From NCBI GenBank assembly GCA_016782645.1, contig JADHYC010000002.1:20324-84323 (forward strand): a DNA stretch of 64,000 nucleotides, in the 5' to 3' direction. The DNA is from Fidelibacterota bacterium. Lineage in GTDB: Bacteria > Fidelibacterota > UBA2242. A program made the translations under genes and the position numbers. A model generated the notes under the pieces. The model was not told the origin of the DNA, searched no databases, and saw only the letters and a program-made list of their open reading frames with translations. The stretch's first letter is position 1, and each line of letters begins with the position of its first letter. Below are positions 20,019 through 29,698 of this stretch, one piece after another.

Positions 20019-20768
20019 GTGTTTATGAGCAAGAATATTTTTGACATAATTGTTTTAAATGGTAGACCGGCATCAGGAAAGTCGGAAGTAATTGAATATT
20101 TAAAAATGGCAACTCAAGAAGAAAGAGAAAAAAGATTTCATATTGGAAAGTTTGATGAGATCGATGATTTCCCTATGCTGTGGACATGGTTCGAAGAAGA
20201 CGCAATTTTAGAAAAATTATTTCATAAACCGAGGATTCATTCTGACAATGACGGTTATTTTCTACATGAATACTTGTGGCACCTTTTGATAGAAAGAATT
20301 TCTATGGATTATGGAAAGAAAATACGTGAGGATTCCAATTATCACGATCACACTACGACAATTGTAGAATTTTCGCGTGGCTCGGAACATGGCGGATATA
20401 AAGAGGCATATAAATATCTATCTGATGATATATTAAGGAAAGCAGCAATATTTTATGTAGATGTCTCTTTTGAAGAATCGTTGAGAAAGAACCAGAAAAG
20501 ATTTAATCCCGAAAAACCCGACAGCATTCTCGAACACGGGTTGCCCGACAGGAAGTTAAAAAGACTTTATAGTGATGTTGATTGGGAAGAATTTAAAGGT
20601 GATGACCCTGAATATATTAAAATTAAGGGTCACAAAGTTCCTTATATCGTTTTTCATAATGAGCCTGATATCACTACTGAAAGGGGCGAAGAACTGGGTA
20701 TGGTGATTGAAGAGCTCTTCAGTAAATTATGGGAACTTAATCTCTTAAACGATAGGCAGCAGAGATAA
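20019..20768 (+). CDS. Uncharacterised P-loop NTPase/kinase-fold protein
   Basis: N-terminal Walker A IIVLNGRPASGKS; IVEFSRG; IFYVDVSFEESLRKN lid-like motif typical of NMP/sugar kinases. Confidence 0.7.
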   Translation: MFMSKNIFDIIVLNGRPASGKSEVIEYLKMATQEEREKRFHIGKFDEIDDFPMLWTWFEEDAILEKLFHKPRIHSDNDGYFLHEYLWHLLIERISMDYGKKIREDSNYHDHTTTIVEFSRGSEHGGYKEAYKYLSDDILRKAAIFYVDVSFEESLRKNQKRFNPEKPDSILEHGLPDRKLKRLYSDVDWEEFKGDDPEYIKIKGHKVPYIVFHNEPDITTERGEELGMVIEELFSKLWELNLLNDRQQR

Positions 20769-20852
20769 GTGCCGCAGGCATGATGGCTGTACGCTGATTG
20801 TTATAATATATTGAAGTGCTTTGTAGAAAACGCCGCAGTTTAGTTACATTTT

Positions 20853-21278
20853 TTACTTAGGACTTTTTTCTTTAATAAAATCTAATATTTTTTTCCTCAA
20901 AATATTTCTTGTAATTCGGAATGCCATCAGGCGCCTTTCTTCATCACCTAAAACACGGATTGGGTCCTCTATGAACCAATTCAATCTCTCGTTTTTACCT
21001 GGAAATACTGGACAGCTTAAAGCTGCTACTTCGCAAAGCGGAATAACGTAATCAAACTCTTTGTCTTTGTACTCGTTCAGATTTTTAGACCGATGACCAT
21101 CCATTGAAAATCCAATTTCATTCATAACTGTGATAGTGTGTTTATGAACGCCTGCGGGAGTTGTGCCTGCGCTAAATACATTAAATTTATTTCCGCCAAG
21201 ATTGCGCAGTAACGCCTCTGCCATCTGGCTTCTTACGGAATTTCCGGTACATACGAAAAGCACATTTTCTTTTTCCAT
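20853..21278 (-). CDS. arsC: Thioredoxin-coupled arsenate reductase / LMW-PTP family
   Basis: FVCTGNSVRSQMAEA P-loop, distal pair LCEVAALSCPVFPG, WFIEDP. Confidence 0.85.
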   Translation of the reverse strand: MEKENVLFVCTGNSVRSQMAEALLRNLGGNKFNVFSAGTTPAGVHKHTITVMNEIGFSMDGHRSKNLNEYKDKEFDYVIPLCEVAALSCPVFPGKNERLNWFIEDPIRVLGDEERRLMAFRITRNILRKKILDFIKEKSPK

Positions 21279-21472
21279 TGTTAATCCTCAATTATTTCTC
21301 CCAATATTACCTTTTTAAACTGATTTATACAATTTTAATTTAAAGAATATTTATGGTTTTCCTGTTACTATTGGGGTGTGTTAGGTTAATTTAAGTTGCG
21401 GGACCAGTTCGGGTTGTGACAATACCGCTTTATTGTAGTTATTAAGGAGCCCGCTTATTTATTGCTAATAAA

Positions 21473-22387
21473 ATGTTATCGTCAAAAGATTTAATAAAAA
21501 TTTCTTTGGATCAAGGTTTCGTAGCGGCAGGAATATCATCACCGTTCTTAGTTACGAAAAGTGATGTATATTTAAAAAATTGGATAAGATCCGGCTATCA
21601 TGCAGAAATGCAATGGATGACAAAGAATGTAGAAATTCGAACTAACGTATTGAAATACTATCCGTGGGTAAAGTCAATATTGGTCGTGGCAGATAATTAT
21701 TACTTAAATCACAGGAGAGAAAAGGGAGTGTTGAAAATATCTCGTTATGCATGGGGATCAGATTATCACAAAATAGTGAAATATAAGTTAAAAGATGTCC
21801 TAAATAAGTTAAAAATTTCCGATTCACAGATTGAGGGAAGAATATTTGTTGATACCGGCCCCATACTTGAAAAAGCTTTTGCCGTGCAAGCTGGTCTTGG
21901 TTGGCAGGGGAAAAATACGAATGTAGTAATTAAAGATTTTGGCTCTTTTTGTTTTTTAGGTGTTCTGCTTTTAAATGCTCCCTTTGAGTTTAATTCACCA
22001 GTAAAAAACAGGTGCGGTGATTGTACATCTTGTATTGGCGATTGTCCATCAGGCGCTCTTGTTAATCCGTATGTCCTGGATTCAAGAAGGTGTATTTCTT
22101 ACTTAACCATTGAAAAAAGGGGTGAATTCTCCGCAGATGAACTTAATTGGTTAAGTAATTGGCTGTATGGTTGCGATATATGCCAGGAGGTTTGTCCGTG
22201 GAACCATAAGTGGGCAAAAAATACCGGAGATACAAGATATTACGATAGGTTAAAACAGCTTGAGCGGTCTCCTAAGGAATGGATGGGGTTAACAGAGCAT
22301 AGATTTCAAGAACTCTTCAAAAGAAGTGCTGTTAAGAGGTTAAAATTTGACAGATTGCGTAGGAATTTGTTGGCGATTATTAGATGA
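21473..22387 (+). CDS. queG: Epoxyqueuosine reductase
   Basis: ISRYAWGSDYH, FVDTGPILEKAFA, CGDCTSCIGDCP, CISYLTIE, GCDICQEVCPWN. Confidence 0.95.
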   Translation: MLSSKDLIKISLDQGFVAAGISSPFLVTKSDVYLKNWIRSGYHAEMQWMTKNVEIRTNVLKYYPWVKSILVVADNYYLNHRREKGVLKISRYAWGSDYHKIVKYKLKDVLNKLKISDSQIEGRIFVDTGPILEKAFAVQAGLGWQGKNTNVVIKDFGSFCFLGVLLLNAPFEFNSPVKNRCGDCTSCIGDCPSGALVNPYVLDSRRCISYLTIEKRGEFSADELNWLSNWLYGCDICQEVCPWNHKWAKNTGDTRYYDRLKQLERSPKEWMGLTEHRFQELFKRSAVKRLKFDRLRRNLLAIIR

Positions 22388-22512
22388 GAGGGACACAAAA
22401 GAAAAGGATAAAAGCCTGGGCAACTGTTTCTACTACCGATGGCAAATAAACTTACTTGCGTGCCATGGAACAGTAGTTTAAATTTCTGTGCGATTTTTTT
22501 GTAGTAGGCAGT

Positions 22513-23424
22513 GTGATACTAAAAACCAACAATCTCAGTAAAAGATTTAAACATAGATTGGTAGTTTCCGATCTAAATCTTGAAGTAGAGAAAGGACAGA
22601 TATTTGGCTTTTTAGGACCTAACGGTGCTGGTAAAAGCACAACAATCCGCATGCTCCTTTCGCTTATTGCCCCAACAAGCGGTAATTTTGAACTTTTCGG
22701 AGGGGATTGGAAGACACAAGATAAAAAAGTTTATTCTAAGGTAGGCGCACTTGTAGAGGCTCCAGATTTTTACCTATATCTTTCTGCTGAGCGTAACCTT
22801 AAGATTCTTGGTGAGTTAAACGGATGGATTTCGCGTAACCGTATATACGAGGTTCTTGATATTGTTAGGTTGAAAGACAGGGCTCGTGATAAAGTTAAAA
22901 GCTTTTCACATGGAATGAGGCAGCGGCTCGGTATAGCACAAGCAATTATGTGCAAGCCGGAGTTGATTATTCTTGACGAACCGACATCCGGACTTGACCC
23001 TGAAGGAATTAAAGAAATAAGAAATTTGATCGTTAGCTTGTCAAAAGATCTTGAATGTACAGTGTTTCTTTCATCGCATTTATTACATGAGATAGAGCAG
23101 GTGTGTACTCATATGGGAATTATTGATCATGGAAAGCTCATTGTACAGGGCGAGGTTCAGAAGCTATTGAGAGAAACAGATTTCTTCGTAACAGAAGTAA
23201 GTACGGACAAGCCGCAGAAAGCTTTGGATCTTTTGCAATCTGAGCCGTGGGTTAAGAAAGTTGCTCTTTCGGATGAAATATTAAAAGTTCATCTTTCAGC
23301 TGAGTGTAGACCGAAGCTAGCCGAATGTCTTATCAGGAATAAAATCAGAGTCTCCTCTATTATACCACGAACTTCATTGGAAGACTATTATTTATCATTG
23401 GTAAAAAGAGAGAGCGAGAAGTAG
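22513..23424 (+). CDS. ABC transporter ATP-binding protein (ABC-2/BcrA-like)
   Basis: GPNGAGKST, FSHGMRQRLGIA, ILDEPTSGLDP, SSHLLHE. Confidence 0.95.
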   Translation: MILKTNNLSKRFKHRLVVSDLNLEVEKGQIFGFLGPNGAGKSTTIRMLLSLIAPTSGNFELFGGDWKTQDKKVYSKVGALVEAPDFYLYLSAERNLKILGELNGWISRNRIYEVLDIVRLKDRARDKVKSFSHGMRQRLGIAQAIMCKPELIILDEPTSGLDPEGIKEIRNLIVSLSKDLECTVFLSSHLLHEIEQVCTHMGIIDHGKLIVQGEVQKLLRETDFFVTEVSTDKPQKALDLLQSEPWVKKVALSDEILKVHLSAECRPKLAECLIRNKIRVSSIIPRTSLEDYYLSLVKRESEK

Positions 23425-23428
23425 AGAG

Positions 23429-24274
23429 ATGTTTTTGACTCTAAAGGCGTTCTATTGGGAATCAGTTAAGATATTCAGCAAATTGCGCACGTATATTGGA
23501 TTTATTACTATTGCAATTTTAATTCCTATGATTATGTTACTTGTAAGAAAGTACGGCTTTGATGTCCAGAGCACCGCCTTTAGGTCGCTGGAAAATTCGT
23601 TCTTTTTTGTTGGGACATTGATAAACGGCTTACTTATCTCTTATTATCTTATGAATGTACTTTGGGTACATTTCCCGTTTTTTATTGTATTGGTTGCCGG
23701 AGATGTGATGGCTGGTGAGGGGGCAGCTGGTACTTTTAGAATGTTGCTAACCCGACCTATTTCCCGCTTTCAGGTTGTAACATCAAAGTTTTTAGCTACA
23801 TTTTTATATACAGCGGCGATAGTACTTTTTCTTGGAATATGTAGCGTTGGTGTTGGAATTCTTGTTATTGGCGGTGGAGACCTGTTTGTTTTCGACAAAG
23901 GCATTCTAATTTTGGTACAGAGAGAAGCCCTTTTCAGGTTTCTCCTGGCATATATTCTGGCTGTTTGGGTACAGACAACGGTTGCTGCTTTAGCCTTTCT
24001 TTTTTCTACTATTTCAAATAATTCGGTTGGTCCTATTATTGGCACTTATGCAGTGATTGTTGTTTCTCTGGTTTTATCTGTGCTAAGGATAGATGCGCTT
24101 GAATCTATTAAGCCCTATCTTTTTACATCATATTTTGAGGTGTATTTTGCACCTTTCAGCGACCCTATTCCTTGGCATGAAATTTTAAGCGATGTTATTC
24201 ATCTTGGTGCTTTTATATTGATTTTTTATCTTATTAGCGTTGTGATTTTTATGAGGAAAGATATATGTACTTAG
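23429..24274 (+). CDS. ABC-2 family permease
   Basis: Six TM segments; AGEGAAGTFRMLLTRPISRFQVVTSKF motif. Confidence 0.9.
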   Translation: MFLTLKAFYWESVKIFSKLRTYIGFITIAILIPMIMLLVRKYGFDVQSTAFRSLENSFFFVGTLINGLLISYYLMNVLWVHFPFFIVLVAGDVMAGEGAAGTFRMLLTRPISRFQVVTSKFLATFLYTAAIVLFLGICSVGVGILVIGGGDLFVFDKGILILVQREALFRFLLAYILAVWVQTTVAALAFLFSTISNNSVGPIIGTYAVIVVSLVLSVLRIDALESIKPYLFTSYFEVYFAPFSDPIPWHEILSDVIHLGAFILIFYLISVVIFMRKDICT

Positions 24275-25008
24275 CACAAAAGGTGTGGTTATATAATAGA
24301 TTGCTGTTCTGTTTGTTAACATTAATATTTTTTATGTTTTTTGGATATCGTGTCGTACTATCTAATGAGCCTGATCCGAGATACATTTTAAACAAGGTGC
24401 AGGAAAAATATGATGGTATCGAGGATTATTCCACTGCGATGAAAGTAGAAGTGGATATTCCTAATTTTCGCATACCGCAAAAGGAGATTAAAATTTACTA
24501 TAAAAAGCCTGATAAGTTATCAATGAAAACATCTGGCTTTGCAATTTTACCTAGGTGGGGTGTTCTCCCTCTACCATCAGATTTTCTTAAAGAAGGTGCC
24601 AAGTTAGAATACAATTGCCGTGAAAAGATTGGTGGAGTTTCATATCATGTTGTTGATATAATTTCAGTAGAAAAGAAACAGCCGGAGGTTGATATTTCCA
24701 TTTGGGTTAATTCCAAGCGTTGGACTATTGACAAAGTCGTTTCTTCTAACAGAGCAGGTAAGTTCGAAATGAAATTTTCCTATGTGAAGATTGACAATTT
24801 TTGGCTTCCGGATACAACGATTATAGAAATAAATTTTACAAAAGGTATTCCTGAAATGCACCGACCGAGCATGAGAGGCTCTTTTGAGAGAGATTTGAAG
24901 AATAATATAACTAAAGAAGGTGATATTAATGGAAGAGTGGTAGTTACTTTTTCAAATTTTTTAGTTAACATCGGATTAGATGACACGTTATTTGAAGGTA
25001 AAAAGTAA
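24265..25008 (+). CDS. Exported LolA-like / lipoprotein-sorting fold protein
   Basis: N-terminal hydrophobic signal; ILNKVQEKYDGIEDYST...IYYKKPDKL pattern typical of LolA-like proteins. Confidence 0.6.
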   Translation: MYLAQKVWLYNRLLFCLLTLIFFMFFGYRVVLSNEPDPRYILNKVQEKYDGIEDYSTAMKVEVDIPNFRIPQKEIKIYYKKPDKLSMKTSGFAILPRWGVLPLPSDFLKEGAKLEYNCREKIGGVSYHVVDIISVEKKQPEVDISIWVNSKRWTIDKVVSSNRAGKFEMKFSYVKIDNFWLPDTTIIEINFTKGIPEMHRPSMRGSFERDLKNNITKEGDINGRVVVTFSNFLVNIGLDDTLFEGKK

Positions 25009-25039
25009 TTTTAAAGTATATTTTTAATAAATAACAAGA

Positions 25040-25564
25040 GTGAAATGTATGACGCTGCTTGAACTAACTATTTTAGGTATTGTCACTGAGGGAGCTTGTC
25101 ATGCTTACAATGTCGAGAAGGTTATTAAAAAGCGTGGAATACGCGAGAGGTTGGACATTGGATTTTCAACTATCTATTCAACTTTGAAAAAGATGGAAAA
25201 TGGAGATCTCCTCGAAAGCGAGTATGCACCGCAAGAAAAACTTCCCGGGCGACGGGTTTATTCTATCACATTAAAAGGTAAACAAGTTCTGTGTGAGGAA
25301 TTGAAGAAAGCTCTTTCACAACCCCAGAGAGCACCGTCACTCTTCGAAATAGGATTGGATTTCGGAAAATTTCTTAGTCATAGTGAGCTGAAAGAATCAT
25401 TGTCGCTATACGATGTGGAAATTGGCAGATTGATTCAACTAAAAGTTCGTGAAATAACAGGACTTGATAATAAAGATGCATTAAAAAGAGCATTACTGAG
25501 CCGCCCTTTAGCGCTATGGCGAGCTGAGCGCAAGTGGATCAGAGAACTGATGTCGCTACTATAG
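25040..25564 (+). CDS. PadR-family transcriptional regulator
   Basis: ILGIVTEGACHAYNV...STIYSTLKKME...RRVYSITLKG. Confidence 0.9.
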   Translation: MKCMTLLELTILGIVTEGACHAYNVEKVIKKRGIRERLDIGFSTIYSTLKKMENGDLLESEYAPQEKLPGRRVYSITLKGKQVLCEELKKALSQPQRAPSLFEIGLDFGKFLSHSELKESLSLYDVEIGRLIQLKVREITGLDNKDALKRALLSRPLALWRAERKWIRELMSLL

Positions 25565-25674
25565 AAGAACGGGACAGAAAATGTTTTTCTTGAAACTCAT
25601 TTTTTCTACTGCTATTTTGTTTTATGTCTTGGTATGTTGATGGTTATTAATTTCAGAAAAGATGGAGGAATTAT

Positions 25675-26019
25675 ATGAGCAGCTGGGTAGATTATCTTGT
25701 GGCTAATCCTGTAATAGCATTATCTATGGTGATTGTACTTATTCTATTTATTTTTATGGTGCTTCGGAAGTTGATCAAGTGGGCAATTGTCTCTTTTGTT
25801 ATTTTAGCGCTTACTATTGGAGTAACATATAAAGATTCGCAGAAACCTGATGTTATAGATGTTATAAAGGAGTTAGAGAAGAAAAAAGAGAAAGTAATAG
25901 AAAGCGTTAGAAAGCAAGCTAAAGAGGTTATTAAAAGAGGCAAAAAAGAGACAGCAAAAGCCACCGAGAAAGCGATAAATAAAATTAAAGATAATGTGAA
26001 TGAAAAATTGGATAAGTAA
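25675..26019 (+). CDS. Hypothetical membrane protein (2 TM + Lys/Glu-rich helix)
   Basis: GGAGG SD; two hydrophobic segments then charged tail. Confidence 0.65.
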   Translation: MSSWVDYLVANPVIALSMVIVLILFIFMVLRKLIKWAIVSFVILALTIGVTYKDSQKPDVIDVIKELEKKKEKVIESVRKQAKEVIKRGKKETAKATEKAINKIKDNVNEKLDK

Positions 26020-26217
26020 TAACTTAGTATTTGTCTATATTAATTAGAGAATTAACAGGCTATTATATTCTACTCGTTAGAAAATTGATTAAAACAATTA
26101 TCTTCATCCGATTTATGTTATTTCGTTATAACGGGTGGTTAATGATTTGCTTTTCTGTTTAAAGCATAAATATTATGCAAATATAATTTATGAAATTTAA
26201 AAAGTGGAGTAAATAAT

Positions 26218-27600
26218 ATGCCTAATTATCTCCCGGAACCATTTAGAATTAAAGTTGTAGAGCCTATTCACATGATAACCCTTGAAGAGAGAAGGAGGAT
26301 TCTGGAAAAAGCGGGCTATAATGTTTTCAATATACCCTCGGATAAAATTTATATTGACCTTCTCACGGATAGTGGCACGGGTGCTATGAGCGATCGACAG
26401 TGGGCCGGTTTGAATTTAGGCGATGAGTCTTATGCACATTGTAGAAACTGGTTTCACTTTGAGAAGGCAATTCGTGAATTGACAGGCTTGAAATACATAA
26501 TTCCGACACATCAGGGAAGAGCTGCTGAAAACCTGCTTTTTTCAACAGTTGCTAAAGATGGTATGATAATTCCCAATAATAATCACTTTGATACAACTCG
26601 TGCGAATATTATAGCAAACGGAGGCGTACCGCTTGATTTAGTAATTGATGAAGGGAAAGATCCTTCTCTTGAGTATCCATTCAAGGGTAATGTGAATATT
26701 ACAAAACTGGAAAACGTGATTAAAGAGTATGGAAAAGAAAATATTCCTGTGATGATGTTGACCATTACAAATAATTCCGGTGGCGGTCAGCCTGTTTCTA
26801 TAAAAAACATAAAAGATGTAAAAGAGGTGGTTTCGAGATATGGAATTCCCCTGTTTTTTGATGCATGTCGGTTTGCCGAGAATGCGTACTTTATTAAAAT
26901 CCGCGAAGAGGGACACGGCAACACATCCGTAAAAGAGATTGTTAAGGAAATGTTTTCGTATGCAGATGGCTGCACGATGAGTGCTAAAAAGGACGGTTTG
27001 GCAAACATTGGAGGTTTTATTGCATTGAATAATGATTCCTTGGCAGAAAGGATTAAAGAGCGTCTTATTCTAATTGAAGGTTTTTTAACGTATGGAGGTA
27101 TGGCTGGTAGAGACTTAGAAGCAGTAGCGAGGGGGTTAGAGGAGGTTATGGATGAGGATTATCTTGCATATCGTATCTCTCAAGTTAAGTTTCTTGGAGA
27201 TCTTTTAGAAGAAGCGGGTGTTCCGATATTGAAACCGACCGGTGGACATGCCGTATATATTGATGCAAGAAAATTTATGGAACACATTCCACAGAGTCAG
27301 TTTCCCGGTCAGTCTCTTGTTGTTAGTATATATTTGCAGGCTGGAATCAGGACTGTAGAAATTGGTAGTTTGATGTTTGCTCATAAAGACCCTAGGTCAG
27401 GAGAAATCGTATATCCTGATCTTGATCTTGTCAGATTGGCGCTTCCCCGGCGGGTATATACAAGCGCTCATCTACGATATGTGGCAGATTCTATTATTAA
27501 AAGTTACAATAATAGGAAAAACCTGAGAGGGATGAAAATCGTTGAACATGGAGAATCGAACTTAAGACATTTTATTGCACGTCTATACTTTGTAGACTAA
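26218..27600 (+). CDS. tnaA: Tryptophanase (beta-eliminating lyase)
   Basis: PEPFRIKVVEPI, IDLLTDSGTGAMS, PTHQGRAAE, PLP lysine motif MSAKKD (TnaA-like; tyrosine phenol-lyase has MSGKKD), RLALPRRVY. Confidence 0.85.
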   Translation: MPNYLPEPFRIKVVEPIHMITLEERRRILEKAGYNVFNIPSDKIYIDLLTDSGTGAMSDRQWAGLNLGDESYAHCRNWFHFEKAIRELTGLKYIIPTHQGRAAENLLFSTVAKDGMIIPNNNHFDTTRANIIANGGVPLDLVIDEGKDPSLEYPFKGNVNITKLENVIKEYGKENIPVMMLTITNNSGGGQPVSIKNIKDVKEVVSRYGIPLFFDACRFAENAYFIKIREEGHGNTSVKEIVKEMFSYADGCTMSAKKDGLANIGGFIALNNDSLAERIKERLILIEGFLTYGGMAGRDLEAVARGLEEVMDEDYLAYRISQVKFLGDLLEEAGVPILKPTGGHAVYIDARKFMEHIPQSQFPGQSLVVSIYLQAGIRTVEIGSLMFAHKDPRSGEIVYPDLDLVRLALPRRVYTSAHLRYVADSIIKSYNNRKNLRGMKIVEHGESNLRHFIARLYFVD

Positions 27601-28283
27601 ATTGCTAGTTAATAATATTTAATTTCTCTTCTAAAAATTGTAATATATCTGCAAACCTGAATGATACTAAGTGTACAAATATTGAAAATAAGGTTATTTT
27701 TATTTGTCAATATGAATTTATTACTACAACGAGTTTTTTCATTGGTAGCAAAACAACATTAACAAGAACATCAATTTAATTGCCGATATTGGCTTTGAGT
27801 ATAGATGATTAGACCCCTTTTATAAAATTTTATTGCGAAAATGCTCAACATCCATTCAATGGTTGATTATTCTCTAAAAAGAATATAAACTTTTAAAAAG
27901 TAAAAATTTTTAACACAATGTTTTATAGAAAGCGTTTTGATTTATGGATTAATAAGAACCGGTTTTCAATTGAAATGTATTTCTGATATAAGAGTATATA
28001 TTAATAGAGCTGAAGTAAATTGAAAATTGAGGAAAAGGCTCGAAGTAAGCTAATTCAGCACGATTATTATTAATCTATTTTTATTTAATAATCATAATGA
28101 GTGTTCATTCATAAGTAAATCTGTGTCTGAAATAAACGTAAGGTAAATCTGAATTACTGAAGAGGATTTTGTTAATTGTTAAAGACAGGATGAACAAATG
28201 GTATACAACGCCAAAGTATAGGATTGTTAATTGAACATTTAACTGGTTTGTATAACTATTACAATGTCCGGATTTTGGAAGGC

Positions 28284-28388
28284 TTAAGAAATTTCTTTTA
28301 CGATGCGCTCAGTCTCCATTGCAATAACTATCTCTTCATTCGTTGGTATAATAAAAACCTTTACTTTGGAGTTAATTGCACTAATCAT
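28284..28388 (-). pseudogene. ackA: Acetate kinase C-terminal remnant
   Basis: MISAINSKVKVFIIPTNEEIVIAMETERIVKEIS* matches the conserved AckA terminus (SKVxVxVIPTNEExxIA); the rest of the gene is absent. Confidence 0.8.
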
Positions 28389-28452
28389 TATGAATTTTTT
28401 ATCTATATACAATGAAAACGTTACTTTCACAAGGCTATTTAAAGAGATGTAA

Positions 28453-29452
28453 ATGAATATTGATAAAGAAATTGCTATAGGTATAGACTTAGGTGGAACG
28501 AAGATTCTGGCTGTATTAGTGAAGAGCAATGGAAATATAATTGAAAGAGTAAAAACCCAAACTATATTTAGAAAAAGCAATAAAGAGGTTTTAGATAAGA
28601 TAATAGTTACCATAGATAAGGTTTTAGAGAGGTCAAATTGTAGTATTATTGAAATATCTTCAATAGGAATAGGGGCTGCTGGTCTTGTTAATCCTGATGC
28701 TGGGGTTATATACAAGGCGCCAAACCTGAAAGTTTTAGATAATTTCAACTTAAGAGCGCCAATTGAGGAAAAGCTCAGGATACATGTTTTCATTGAGAAC
28801 GATGTGAATGTCGGGACATTTGGAGAGTATGTCCTGGGTGCAGGAAGAGGAACATAAATTCTTATTGGTGTTTTTATTGGTACCGGTATAGGTGGGGGAA
28901 TAATAATTAATGGAAATATTTATCACGGCTTCAGTAAAACAGCAGGAGAGATCGGACACATTGTTATAAAATTTGATTGAAAGATGCATCCATATAGCAC
29001 TGCCCCTCGTGGCACTCTCGAGGCATATGCTGGTCGTTTGGCTATCGGGCGAAAGAAATTAGACGATATATTGAATGTAGAGAAATTAGTATCATTCCTG
29101 AGCTTATTGGGAATAATTGGTCATCTCTGAAATCCGGTGTGCTTAAAAAAGCGTTAAAATGGGAGATAGGGTTGTCGCAAAGGTTTTGGATGAAACCGCA
29201 AGATATGTTGGTATTGGCATAGCCTCAATAGCAAACATATTGAGCCCTTAGATGGTTGTATTTGGAGGCGGTGTAATTGAAGCTGTTGGGTATTATTTAT
29301 TGCCAAAAATTATGGAAGAAGTAAAATTAAGAAGCCTGGAAAGTTCAATTAAAGGAATGAAAATTGTTGAATCCGATTTGAAGGATGATTCAATAATTCT
29401 TGGAGCGGCAATGATGGCTTTTAGCAGCTTAAGAAAAAAAATTGGGATGTAA
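28453..29452 (+). pseudogene. ROK-family sugar kinase (glucokinase) pseudogene
   Basis: IGIDLGGTK, IENDVNVG, then TAA(28855), [23 protein letters not shown](28978), frameshifts, ETARYVGIGIASIANILSP-TAG-MVVFGGG, IILGAA. Confidence 0.92.
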
Positions 29453-29698
29453 ATGTTCCAAAAGTAGTTTTTTGAAGTAGGTTGTGCTTTTGGTGTATTC
29501 AAAAAATAGCGCAACATAAAGTATAGGAATATTATTAAAACACAACATTTTGACTCTTTATTATATTTGATCGGTGCTGCTAATCAATGTCTTGCTTTTA
29601 ACGTATTTCTTTAAATGCATCTTGTAACGTACATTGTTTCAATTAAATTTAATATTTTTTCGTTACATATTATGTTACTTTTTGCTTGATTTTTAGAG

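Noticed and set aside
20853-21278. Arsenic-resistance operon or inactive ArsC
   Set aside because: No arsR/arsB/acr3 nearby; the Cys-to-Val change is at the non-essential second P-loop Cys and the three catalytic Cys remain.
26115-26162. Trp-containing uORF MLFRYNGWLMICFSV upstream of tnaA (also MKFKKWSK at 26190-26216)
   Set aside because: Lacks the TnaC W-x3-D-x7-P-stop pattern and an SD; the second uORF's Trp codon is just the tnaA SD (TGGAG).
28284-28793. 169-aa minus-strand ORF as a real gene
   Set aside because: Mostly the antisense shadow of the ROK gene; only the last 34 codons (AckA remnant) are meaningful.
28855-29251. Stop-codon readthrough or selenocysteine in the ROK gene
   Set aside because: TAA, TGA and TAG all occur together with frameshifts; ordinary decay explains it.
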